The notes below the pieces were generated by a model that did not search any database, was not told the origin of the DNA, and saw only the letters and a list, made by a program, of their open reading frames with translations. From positions 1-64,000 of the forward strand of contig JAQGDQ010001053.1 in assembly GCA_030141605.1 (NCBI GenBank): DNA of 64,000 nucleotides, given 5' to 3'. Below, one piece after another: positions 26,701 to 63,279 of the stretch. A program made the translations under genes and the position numbers. Position 1 is the first letter of the stretch. Each line of letters begins with the position of its first letter. The DNA comes from Tubiluchus corallicola (Eukaryota; Animalia; Priapulida).

Positions 26701-27883
26701 GGTGGATTGTAAATACATGAGTAAGCAGTCCACCAGTTTGGAAGATTGTACATTTGAATATTACAGTTTTGACGACCTGAACACCAACGGTTGAGTTCTG
26801 ATGTAAATTCTAATAAACATTCATCATCACTGGAACTCATGTTACAAGGATTGTCAGCTAAACTGTTGTTGATATTTGGAACTCCATGGAGAGCCTCTTT
26901 CAGCAGGATTTCACTGTTATTTGCACAAGTCAGGTTGATAGATCTTGGGTCACCAAAAATATGCGTTACGCTACAAATAAAATACGTCTCTGCAAAATCT
27001 GCAATAGAAAAACTATAACTATGAAATTTTATAACTGTATATTCAGTTTTTTTGCAATATTGCAACGCCGACGGGTCCTGGCCACCAGTGATGATTGTTG
27101 AGTGGCCAGCCCACCAGGTCAGTTGGTCAAAACGACCCTACTATCATTACTCTCATGCAGACAAATGTTTTCTCCTACAGTTTGTGGCAACAAAGTCATT
27201 CATAATTACGCAGGACTCACAAATCCGTAAAATTTCATTTTTAGGACTTTCCAATAAACATGTGTAAGTCAAGTTTCCTACGATCTCTCTACTCATACAG
27301 AAAAGCTAAAACCTAGAATGATGAATAATAAAACTAATCATAGTGGACCCATCTATTGGCAGCAAAACTACTTAACCAACATTATTCAGCGGTTGCATTA
27401 GACCTTGATTAGGATGTCAGTTCAACGCAGTCTTGGTAGTTGCCTTTCCTTAGTCTTTATTTGATTTTATCTAATTATACAATGTAATCATCTTTTAGGT
27501 CGTTGTAAACCAATAAAATTTAATTGTTTTTGTCAATTCCTGTTCAAAAAATATTTACAAATTACTAACATATATATTGCTTTTAATCTTTGTTGTACAA
27601 ACATTATAATTTTGAAATTTTACTTTACTTGTTCATTTAGTCATCTAAACTGTTGTTGATATTTGAAACTCCATATAGAGCCTCTTTGAGCAGTTCTTCA
27701 TTATTACTAGGACAACTCAGGTTGATAGATCTTGAGTCACCAAAAATATGCGTTACATTACAAACAAAATACGACTCTGTGAAGTCTAGAAAGAAAGTGC
27801 GTTACTAAGAAACTGTTAGTATTTACATTGAACTTACAGGCAAAAGTTAAACCAATTTTTGCAAATTGTATAATAGTGCCCAT
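20588..27883 (-). CDS. Gene C: type-I membrane receptor, SUEL-type lectin + CUB + Thr/Glu-rich stalk + TM + Tyr-motif tail (about 417 aa)
   Basis: Exons 27838-27883 ([15 protein letters not shown]), 26651-26998 (SUEL-like), 25260-25655 (CUB), 24269-24397 (stalk), 22470-22583 (TM), 21716-21752 (phase 1-2) and 20588-20771 (phase 2 to stop). Phases join into one ORF. Confidence 0.82.
20800..21230. repeat. Compound trinucleotide microsatellite (ACA/ACT/ACG/ATG)
   Basis: Direct inspection; intronic in gene C. Confidence 0.9.
21826..22400. mobile_element. Degenerate MITE-like element
   Basis: CAGGGGCGTA...GGGGGAGCAAG left end versus CTTGCTTCCCCC...TACGCCA right end (imperfect inverted termini). 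Confidence 0.4.
22470..22583 (-). CDS. Gene C transmembrane exon
   Basis: [37 protein letters not shown]; hydrophobic run followed by basic/Cys stop-transfer. Confidence 0.85.
22620..22872. repeat. (TA)n-(TGGA)n-(GACA)n-(GATA)n microsatellite
   Basis: Direct inspection. Confidence 0.95.
23021..23665. mobile_element. hAT (Charlie-type) MITE, 645 bp
   Basis: TIRs CAGTGGTTCCCAAA / TTTGGGAACCACTG; perfect 8-bp TSD TCTTATAG (23013-23020, 23666-23673). Confidence 0.92.
24269..24397 (-). CDS. Gene C mucin-like stalk exon
   Basis: [43 protein letters not shown]; phase 1-1. Confidence 0.8.
25260..25655 (-). CDS. Gene C CUB domain exon
   Basis: C...[14 protein letters not shown]...NCLW...FEL...C.NSYLQI...KFC...TVEF...GRGFFIHY. 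Confidence 0.93.
26297..26507. other. Assembly gap (N run)
   Basis: 211 Ns in the SUEL-CUB intron. Confidence 1.
26651..26998 (-). CDS. Gene C SUEL-type (galactose/rhamnose-binding lectin-like) domain exon
   Basis: C...INLTC...I.LKEALHG...C...C...[11 protein letters not shown]...C...VYVRYACIP; 8-Cys SUEL pattern. Confidence 0.8.
27637..27785 (-). pseudogene. Truncated duplicate of the SUEL exon
   Basis: [48 protein letters not shown] with an intact tctag acceptor. Confidence 0.85.
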
Positions 27884-28274
27884 CGATTTGATCAATTATG
27901 TGTAGAATAATCAATCATGCCCATGTAGTGCCTTGTGGAGCTTTGGCAACATTTACAGCCAATCTTAATTAGGCAACTACATTAAATTTATGTAGATTGA
28001 GCTTAAACCTCCCAAAAGAACGAGGCACGATGTTTTATTTATTATTTTAGTGCCTCCACCATTACTGAAGTGCAACTTTTTTCTTTGTGGGTAGAACAAC
28101 CACTTAGACGTCTTAATTGATCATTTAGGTTGATCATTTACTTAAAAGACATGAGTTTTTGGCTTTTTATTGACCACAGACATTAACTTACAAGGATAAT
28201 TTTTCTTCTTCTGTTCGGCTGTTTGTGCTTGAGACACAGCTGTCTTTCACTAAACTTATTAGTTCATACCTTGT

Positions 28275-28815
28275 AAATCTACTTATGTCCATGAAAGAAA
28301 CAACTGTAAAAGCTATTACTGTTAACTTGAACATAATGTACTTGTTACTAGTTCGTTGCTTGGAATCCAGCAAATCTAACTATGTCCATGAAAGAAACAA
28401 CCAAAAAGACTATTACTGCTAACTTGAACATAATGTCCTTGTTACTAGTTCGTTGCTTGGAATCCAGCAAATCTAACTATGTCCATGAAAGAAACAACCA
28501 AAAAGACTATTACTGCTAACTTGAACATAATGTGATTGTTACTAGTTCGTTGCTTGGTATCCAGCAAATCTAACTATGTCCATGAAAGAAACAACCAAAA
28601 AGACTATTACTGCTAACTTGAACATAATGTCCTTGTTACTAGTTCGTTGCTTGGAATCCAGCAAATCTAACTATGTCCATGAAAGAAACAACCAAAAAGA
28701 CTATTACTGCTAACTTGAACATAATGTCCTTGTTACTAGTTCGTTGCTTGGTATCCAGCAAATCTAACTATGTCCATGAAAGAAACGACTGTAAAAACCT
28801 ATTACTGCTAACTTG
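28275..28815. repeat. 97-bp minisatellite (about 5.5 units)
   Basis: TATGTCCATGAAAG recurs at 28284, 28381, 28478, 28575, 28672 and 28769. Confidence 0.95.
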
Positions 28816-28894
28816 TAGACACGCCATCGTCATCAGCTTCTGTCGCCAACTGACTTCGATCAAATATAGAAATGGGCTTGGCATCCTGGACTTT

Positions 28895-29260
28895 CCCCTC
28901 CATGTTCTTGGATCAGCCACTAGACTCAAAAAACGCTGCTGTTATACTTACTGGAAACCCTCCATGCTCTTGGATCAGCCACCAGACTCAGAAACGCTGC
29001 TGTTATACTTACTGGAAACCTTCCATGCTCTTGGATCAGCCACCAGACTCAAAAGCGCTGCTGTTATGCTTACTGGAAACCCTCCATGCTCTTGGATCAG
29101 CCACCAGACTCAGAAACGCTGCTGTTATACTTACTGGAAACCTTCCATGCTCTTGGATCAGCCACCAGACTCAAAAGCGCTGCTGTTATACTTACTGGAA
29201 ACCTTCCATGCTCTTGGATCAGCCACCAGACTCAAAAAGCTGCTGTTATACTTACTGAAA
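28895..29260. repeat. 60/61-bp minisatellite (about 6 units)
   Basis: Unit CCATGCTCTTGGATCAGCCACCAGACTCAAAAACGCTGCTGTTATACTTACTGGAAACCCT; same family as 58060-59875. Confidence 0.95.
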
Positions 29261-29614
29261 ATGCAGTTTTGTCTGCAACTGAAAATATTGCCAATGCGTA
29301 CTGGAGTTTAGTAAATTCTTCTGAATCTAACTTACCAAGACCAAGTCCTATTTCAATTAATTGCTCCATATTCATACTAGAAATCTCATTTAGTGTATAC
29401 TGCAATGGCACTTGTTCTGATGCATCTGGTAGTTTGAAAATTACATGGTACTCACACACTGAAAGCTAATTAATTTTATTTTATTTACAGAAATTTTTAA
29501 CAATTTTTCCCCCAGACACTTTTATTAACTTAGGTTTTTTTGATGATTCAGTACACAATGCATTAAAACTCTGCATGCTGTCAGTTAACTAATAGCTCCT
29601 TGAATACTGAAGAC

Positions 29615-29960
29615 TAGCACCATCTAGTGGCTGATCTTGCAGTAATATGTAGTGCAATGTATCAATTTTTTGGAATGCTGTTTTGTGGCACCCCCTAGTG
29701 TCTGACTTTGTAGTAGTTGTAGTAATCTGCTGTGGAGCATCAGTGGTTTAATTGAAATGGCTAATTGTTGGCGCCATCTAGTGGGTAATTTTGTAGTAAT
29801 ATGAGATCAGTTATCTCAATTTTTTGAATACTGGTGGCAGGTGCAATCTAGTAGCAGACTTTGTAGTAATATGTACTAGAGTATCACAAGTTTACTTGAA
29901 TTTCTCATTGCTGGCGCCATCAGGTATCCGTTTTTACAGTAATACTTGGTCAGCTGTCTC
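29615..29960. repeat. Degenerate ~70-bp tandem array bearing CTCF-like motifs
   Basis: GCACCATCTAGTGG, GCACCCCCTAGTG, GCGCCATCTAGTGG and similar; duplicated at 60175-60500. Confidence 0.55.
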
Positions 29961-31276
29961 AATTTTTCTTGAATGGTGAAAGTGGATGCATTACCACTAG
30001 TCTAAAACTAAAAGACTCAAAGTTGCTTAATGGTTCTTTAGAAGAGTAAGATATAATTGAAATTGTTTAACTGAATTGGTACCTAGGCAAAAGGCATAAA
30101 GTGTAAAAAACTGTGTCACAAAAACATCATATTTTTAAGCACGAAAGTAAAATTAAAAATTTGATCGCAAAAACCAGTACAAATAAAGGCTTTATGATAA
30201 CAATAAATTATTATTTACACATTCAAATACGTTTAGCTTTGTGTTGAAATTACATTTTAATGTCGTTATGTTATTGTATTTATTATTAATTTTGCTAAGT
30301 ATAGCATTATACTACTGAGATTAGGCCTACAGTGTTTTTTACACTCACGTACTCAGGCAATAATTTATGGCACAAGAAAGAAGCACTGAAAGATACTTGC
30401 CATACTATTAGTAAATAATTGCTATTATTGTTAACTTATTTGTTAATTCTATGCACGAAATCAACTTAAATATTGAACACCACTTTTCTTCAATAAATGT
30501 GATTATTTAATATTTGTTAAAGCTATAAATATTTGTGGTGTACTAGTGCATTGTGTTTTGTGCTGTCTATCGACTCTCACTAAGATTCACCAAAAATGTC
30601 AGTTCAGCGTTGCTCTTTGATAAAAGTTTGTTTTAGCAACAATCTTTAACTTGATGAAAAATGAGTTGCACTAAAAACAACAATGATTTTTGTATTTCTT
30701 AAAAAACTTTGTCCAAAAATGATAAAAAAATTAACCTTTATTTTTTTTATTTTAAGACATAATACTGAATTCTTGATACCACATCATGCACAATCAACTC
30801 ATGGACAATAATACCACTAAATTTTACATTGAATTGAACTTTAAATTTTAATAAGAAAATCAAACTCATGAAATTAAATTTAACAAAAAAAAGAAAACTA
30901 ACATCAATAAATCTGTCGGATATATTTATATATGAATATTTATGGATGCCAAATTTGTTAAAGTGCATTATCTTTAACACTATTTTACAAAGCACAAAAT
31001 CTTATAGAATATTCGTTGTTTGATAAACATGTAATGAAAATGATTTTTCCCTATTAATCCTACTTGAGAAAAAAGTATCATTGTTCATACAAAACTTACA
31101 AAATTTAGCTTATAAGAACTGCTTAACAAAGTTTAGTATGCTGTACCAGCCAATGGCAGGGTAGATAAGTCTAACCCTGCTGATTAATATTAATTATAAA
31201 TTCAGATATTCTGGCATGATAATGTTATGGTAACCCATCTAAAAATTTTGTTTGAGATTAAATACAGGGAAAAATC

Positions 31277-55986
<24,710 letters not shown>

Positions 55987-56066
55987 CTTGCTTCTGGATC
56001 TGACGCCTGCTTAAAACTTTGTCGTTGATCTGTGGCTGTTATAATTTTGTTAATAGGACGGCTGCC

Positions 56067-56074
56067 TTTTTATA
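56067..56074 (-). promoter_or_regulatory. TATA box of A2
   Basis: TATAAAAA about 80 bp upstream of the ATG. Confidence 0.5.
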
Positions 56075-57974
56075 GCAGCCTCAAAAACTGTGCCTGGGAG
56101 CGGGAATTTACCAAAACTTTACTAGTCAATCAACCGATAAGAACGTACGCAGGTGAAATGATAATGAAGACATTAGGAAAAGGTCGGGATAATAATAGTT
56201 TCTTTGGCAAATAGGTCAGAATTATTTGCCTGGGAGTCATTGCGTTCGTTCCTTGTTTTGATATAATGAAATCTTCTCACGCACTGGGCTAGGTCTTTAG
56301 GTCTTTATTTTCATCATAATCTGATCGTAAATGACACTTAACAAACCTGCTTGACTGCTTAAACGCAAAGAGTTCAACGTTAGTGCATTACTTAGCGTAA
56401 ATTCCCGATGTACATGCAGTGAGTGTGTGTACTTATATCAATAAAAGATCAATCAATGATTAATACTAGTGGTAGAGAAGACTAAATAACCTTGACTGTG
56501 TAAAAAACAGTCAGCTCACATTTATTCTAATGTAATTTACACAAAGCTAATGAACAAGCAGTTGCAATCACTTTGTTTAAGCGAATGAGTACAAATACAC
56601 TTCTTGAATGCACATCTTAGTGTGGGATCACTTAAGCTTGGTCATGTTGTTGATGGTGGTGGGAGTGGTGTTGCTGCCATTGTTGCTACTGCTGCTGTTG
56701 CTGTCTGTGATGCTGTTTTGTTGCTGTTGCTGTCATTGTTGATTTTGTTGCCACATTTATCTTTGAAAGTTATAGGGTGAATGGGGGCCATTTTGTGTAT
56801 GGAAAAAATTTCTCCTTTGGGATAAAAAAGGAAATTTTTTTCAGGGAAACAGGAACGCCAAATGGCAATAACCTGAAGCAGTCAAATAAAATCGCTTCGA
56901 CAGGACTAATTCAATGGTATTAGTTATGTCCAGATTGGATAACCTTTTACCTCACCATGAGGGAAAAACTTTCACTGTGTGTCATAGAGACAAATAGGCC
57001 TGCTTCTGGAATTGAAATGTAGTTGCTTGCAACGCATCAGATGAAAGATCTCCATCAGGCGGACTGTGTGGTATATCTTGAAAGGCGATTAGTTGATCTT
57101 TGATACTTGGTTGCAGATTGACCATGGTATAGTTTGGTAACCAAACAAGGCAAATTCAATAAACTCAAAATGATGGCTTTCAAACAAAAATGCTTACGAC
57201 ATTTCACGATCAAACACTGTATATGTTCTTTGCAAAGAATGATTGTCAACTCGTTCTTTTTAAATTTAATTTGATTTTTATACACAATAATATTACCAAA
57301 CTAATATCATTGACTTCATAAATTACCTTTATGAACAAATACTGAATAAAAGGCATAAAAGCGAAGCTCTTACGTACCAACTCCGGTTTAATGCAAACGT
57401 AATCCATTTTGCGGATTTTGCCCTAGGGAAAAACTTATGTGCTTATTAAAAAGTTAATATTTGCTCTCTGCGAGCTGTCAGGCTCTCATGTGCTAAAGCT
57501 AAAACGGAATGGAAATGGAATTTTTTAGTGTATCGATAATAAACATTTTCGCAGTTACAGCGATTGATATTGATTGTCAAAAGGTCAAAGGTTTAGACGT
57601 GTACCTTGCAAATCATTTATGTACACTTGACAACACCTAGCATTCTAAGCTTTTGTGATAGTAACAGTTTTAACAGCTAGCTAGAGCCTTGCCTTGTTAA
57701 TGTTTTCTTGTTCCCAGGCAAGAGTCTGCTATTAAATCACTCTACTCAAATTAGGCAAAGTCCACTTAAAAGAACAGAAGTAACTAAACTTACAAAGGCA
57801 GACGGCTTTCATTTACCCACATGTCATGTGACTTGGATAAATCCAGGTAGGTGGCCAGGATGTAAGGAAGGAGCAGTAGTATGCGATGAATGGGCGGCTC
57901 CAGTGGGTACCTCTAGTTTCACTGCAACACTGCAGTAGATGTCACTATTGCAGTGTCTGAAACTGTTTGTAGTG

Positions 57975-60790
57975 TGGTAGACCTCGTTATTGGCTTCTGT
58001 CTCCATGTGATTTTGATCAAATGTAGAAACGGGCTTGACATCCAGGACTTGCTCCCTTCATGCTCATGGATCAGCCACCAGACTAAAAAAACGCTGCTGT
58101 TATACTTACTGGAAACCCTCCATGTTCTTGGATCAGCCACCAGACTCAAAAAGCCGCTGTTATACTTACTGGAAACCCTCCGTGCTCTTGGATCAGCCAC
58201 CAGACTCAAAAGGCTGCTGTTATACTTGCTGGAAACCCTCCATGCTCTTGAATCAGCCACCAGACTCAAAAAACGCTGCTGTTATGCTTACTGGAAGCCC
58301 TCCATGCTCTTGGATCAGCCACCAGACTCAAAAAGCTGCTGTTATACTTACTGGAAACCCTCCGTGCTCTTGGATCAGCCACCAGACTTAAAAGGCTGCT
58401 GTTATACTTACTGGAAACCCTCCATGCTCTTGAATCAGCCACCAGATTCAAAAACGCTGCTGTTATGCTTACTGGAAACCCTTCTTGCTCTTGGATCAGC
58501 CACCAGACTCAAAAAGCTGCTATTATACTTACTTGAAACCCTCCATGCTCTTGGATCAGCCACCAGACTCAAAAACGCTGCTGTTATGCTTACTGGAAAC
58601 CCTCCATGCTCTTGGATCAGCCACCAGACTCAAAAAGCTGCTGTTACACTTACTGGAAACCCTTCATGCTCTTGGATCAGCCACCAGACTCAAAAAGCTG
58701 CTGTTATACTTACTGAAAACCCTCCATGCTCTTGGATCAGCCACCAGATTCAAAAACGCTGCTGTTATGCTTACTGGAAGCCCTCCATGCTCTTGGATCA
58801 GCCACCAGACTCAAAAACGCTGCTGTTATACTCACTAGAAACCCTCCATGCTCTTGGATCAGCCACCAGACTAAAAAAACGCTGCTGTTAAACTTACTAG
58901 AAACCCTCCATGCTCTTGGATCAGCCACCAGACTCAAAAGCGCTGCTGTTATGCTTACTGGAAACCCTCCATGCTCTTGGATCAGCCACCAGACTCAAAA
59001 ACGCTGCTGTTATGCTTACTGGAAGCCCTCCATGCTCTTGGATCAGCCACCAGACTCAAAAAGCTGCTGTTATACTTACTGGAAACCCTCCGTGCTCTTG
59101 GATCAGCCACCAGATTTAAAAGGCTGCTGTTATACTTACTGGAAACCCTCCATGCTCTTGAATCAGCCACCAGATTCAAAAACGCTGCTGTTATGCTTAC
59201 TGGAAACCCTTCTTGCTCTTGGATCAGCCACCAGACTCAAAAAGCTGCTGTTATACTTACTTGAAACCCTCCATGCTCTTGGATCAGCCACCAGATTCAA
59301 AAACGCTGCTGTTATGCTTACTGGAAACCCTTCTTGCTCTTGGATCAGCCACCAGACTCAAAAAGCTGCTGTTATACTTACTTGAAACCCTCCATGCTCT
59401 TGGATCAGCCACCAGACTCAAAAACGCTGCTGTTATGCTTACTGGAAACCCTCCATGCTCTTGGATCAGCCACCAGACTCAAAAAGCTGCTGTTACACTT
59501 ACTGGAAACCCTTCATGCTCTTGGATCAGCCACCAGACTCAAAAAGCTGCTGTTATACTTACTGAAAACCCTCCATGCTCTTGGATCAGCCACCAGATTC
59601 AAAAACGCTGCTGTTATGCTTACTGGAAGCCCTCCATGCTCTTGGATCAGCCACCAGACTCAAAAACGCTGCTGTTATACTCACTAGAAACCCTCCATGC
59701 TCTTGGATCAGCCACCAGACTAAAAAAACGCTGCTGTTATACTTACTAGAAACCCTCCATGCTCTTGGATCAGCCACCAGACTCAAAAGCGCTGCTGTTA
59801 TGCTTACTGGAAACCCTCCATGCTCTTGGATCAGCCACCAGACTCAAAAACGCTGCTGTTATACTTACTGGAAATGCAGTTTTGCCTGCAACTGAAAATA
59901 TTGCCTATGCGTAATGGAGTTTAGTAAATTCTTCTGAATCTAAATTAATGCCAAGACCAAGTCCTATTTCAATTAATTGCTCCATATTCATACTAGAAAT
60001 TTCATTAAGCGTATACCACAATGGCACTTGTTCTGATGCATCTGGTAGTTTGGAAATTACATGGTACTCACACACTGAAAGCTAATTAATTTTATTTTAT
60101 TTACAGAATTTTTTAATGATACAGTTCACAATGCTTTAAAACTCTGTTATTTAATAGCTCCTTGAATACTGAAGACTAGCACCATCTAGTGGCTGATCTT
60201 GTAGTAATATGTAGTGCAATATATCAATTTTTTAGAATGCTGTTTAGTGGCACCACCTAGTGTCTGACTTTGTAGTAGTTGTAGTAATCTGCTGTGGAGC
60301 ATCAGTGCTTTAATTGAATTGCTAATTGTTGGCGCCATCTAGTGGGTAATTTTGTAGTAATATGAGATCAGTTATCTCAATTTTTTTTTAATACTGGTGG
60401 CAGGAGCCATCTAGTAGCATACTTTGTAGTAATATGTACTAGAGTATCACAAGTTTACTTGAATTTCTCATTGCTGGCGCTATCAGGTATCCGATTTTAC
60501 AGTAATACTTGGTCAGCTATCTCAATTTTTCTTGAATGGTGAAAGTGGATGTATTACCACTAGTCTAAAACTAAAATACTCAAAGTTGCTTAATGGTTCC
60601 TTAAAAGAGTAAGATATTGATTGAAATTGTCTGACTGAATTGATAACAAGGCAAAATGCAAAAAAATGCGTCACAAAACATCATATTTTTAAGCACGAAA
60701 GTAAAAATCAAAATTTGATCACAAAAACCAGTACAAAAAAGGCTTTAAGAGAACAATAAAACACATTCACATTCATAATTTACACATTCA
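57975..60790. repeat. Duplicate of block 28815-30230 (VNTR + exon-like ORF + CTCF-like array)
   Basis: Flanks on both sides of the VNTR align with 28815-28895 and 29260-30230. Confidence 0.9.
58060..59875. repeat. 60/61-bp minisatellite (about 30 units) with an 849-bp higher-order duplication
   Basis: Same unit as 28895-29260; variant pattern repeats at offset 849 (58485/59334, 58726/59575). Confidence 0.96.
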
Positions 60791-61476
60791 TAAAAGATAT
60801 AATAGTGAAATATTGAGAAACAGAAAAAATCATGTCACGATAAGCAATAATTAAGTCTTCTTCTAATGTCCTCTTAATTTAGTCTCAACGCATTTTGTGA
60901 CTTACACTGTACAATGTAATCCAAAAAATATTTTAGCACTAAGATTTTATATGAATACAAATGTGCAAAATTTATGTAGGCTAAAACAATAATAAAACTA
61001 GCAAATCTGTATCACACTCTGTATCACAAGGTTGTCTACGAATCTGCAAAATTAATGTAGGCCTAAATGTTAGCAAATTCAAAAAATCGGTTTTCAAATT
61101 TAAAAAATGATGTAGACCTACAAGTTAACAAAGCTAACAAATTTGTCTCAAAATCTGCAATATTAATGTAGGCCTAAATGTTAACAAAACTAAGAATCCA
61201 GACTAAAGAATATGCAAAATTATTAACTACCAAGATACTCATTGAAATCGATCTTAGATCAGCAATCAGAAGTAAATGTCACCTTAAACTTGACCACCCT
61301 TTGTCTCACAAACAAACTGTCTTGAAGCTTTAAAAAAAACCTTCCCCTGCAACTGTAACACAAAACAACAAAATGAGAGATTTTTTTCCATTCCAAATCA
61401 ATTGCTTCTGACACAGTAAATATATTTTATATTAAGCTGTCATCGTACAGATTTCTGAGTTAGTTATTAGATGACT

Positions 61477-62530
61477 TCATCGTTTTCCCTGTTGAAACCT
61501 AGCATCATTTTTATCATAAATGCTGTTCTTGTGTTCAATGTCCCCACGTTTAGCATACAAACTATTCAGATGTTCTATTCCACCTGGAACTGATTTGTTG
61601 CTCTTTGCATAAATGCTGTTATAATGCTCACTTGTACTTGGACCACTATCGTAAATACTGTTCACACGTGCTGAATTTCCACGTTCAGAGTTTACAGTTG
61701 TATCATACAAGCTGTTAGCTCGCACTGTTGGTTCTTGTTTGTCATCATAAAAGCTTGTAATATCTTCATAAGTTGGCGCAGTTTCAGCAATTCTTGCATT
61801 TGTTCGCTTAGCTTTATTTAGCCTTGCATAGTTACTTTTATCAATGTTAACGTGAGGTATCTCGTGTAAATGATTGTATATATCTGTAGTGTTGTTCCTT
61901 TGATACTCAGGTTGTCCAGATTTGGGATGACCGGTCAAGGATGGATGACTTCCTCGAGCTTCTGACTGACGATATGAAGTTGGACGATCAATGACAGCAT
62001 CGTATGTGTTTGTATCATCTGTTCTCTTCTGCACACGAACCCTGAAACAAAGAAATGTGCTAAAATGAAGGAGACAAATCTGGTAAACAAGTCTTGATCA
62101 GTGGTGAGCATTCGATTCGAGCGAGTTTTTTTACTGCTAGCAGAATCTTGTTTGAGAACAAAAAAACGAACTAGGTAAGGTTCTAGCTGGCGATTAAAAC
62201 AGTGACTATTATGATAGCAACACAAGTGTGTCGTCAGATAAACTTAACCTTTGACCTATGCATGATCATCATCAATTATGACACTGGGAAAAGACAAGTT
62301 AAAGAAAGAGATTTTCAGAAACAATACTATAATATAATTATGATCATGAACTGCTTGATATGTTGCTATTAGAGGAGCGACGTTCAGCAAAAAAAGCAAA
62401 TAATTAAATAAATTAATTAATTAAAAACTGCTCAACCTTTTGACCTTCCAAAAGTAACAAACCGCTGCAGCGATGCATACAATCAAGATGGAAGTAGGTA
62501 CAATGATGAATATCAACGTTGTCGTTAAAT
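61477..62530 (-). CDS. Gene D (partial): TM exon and Tyr-rich cytoplasmic tail of a membrane receptor; ectodomain beyond the window
   Basis: Exon 62437-62530 reads LTTTLIFIIVPTSILIVCIAAAVCYFWKVKR (phase 1-2). Exon 61477-62041 (phase 2) has 13 Tyr and ends in a stop. Confidence 0.82.
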
Positions 62531-63279
62531 CTGTAAAAAGAAATCAGTCTCATATTGTTCATAGTTTTAGTTTCTAGCTACTAAGCAATGATGTAACGAA
62601 CTCGCTGATGTATAACATAGAAGAAAATTCAGTCTAGAAAAAGGAAAAGCGAAAATTTCTCATTGAAAATGTTGAAAATGTTTCAGATACTTACTTAGGA
62701 TTTGATAGGGATTAGAGCAATGGTGGCTCGTGTATAGGTACTGCTGTACTGCAGCACCCCCTGTTTTCACTCATTATTATATGTAATATTCAATATAATA
62801 AGTCGTTTTTCTTTATTTCTTTTTTTATACTTTTGTATTTCATACTTTAGAGTATTCGCACGAAAACAATATTTTTTGTTTAAGATGTTACCAGGTTTAT
62901 GTATAAAACTGTTTAATTACAAATTATAATATTAAAATTACATAATTATGTTTGCTTCATTTTACACAGTATTAAAACAACGGCTAATTTTTTTTAATTT
63001 TGCGGCACCCCCACAAATTTTAGCTACGAGCCGTCACTGGAGTAGATTTTTTATTTTCGTAACCTTGAGAGTGCAACACACGAGTGAGTTGAAAAGTGAA
63101 ATAAAATAATAAAGGAATACAACAAAAAGAGTGCAAATTGAAACAAAGTGATGACAATAATATAAGTAGAACATTACGGCAGAAACACAAAGAACTAAGA
63201 TAGCTGCTCACAAGTGTCTGTTATAAAGTAAAATTTGCTAAAATCAACATGACAGCCGTTTTTTAATTAATTTTCTGTT

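Noticed and set aside
30349-30403. Alternative signal-peptide exon for gene C
   Set aside because: The ATG frame contains two stops; it could only be a non-coding 5' exon. 27838-27883 fits better.
58060-59875. CRISPR array or repetitive protein (many long ORFs)
   Set aside because: Units are contiguous with no unique spacers, 60/61-bp length variation shifts frames constantly, and the context is eukaryotic with no cas genes.
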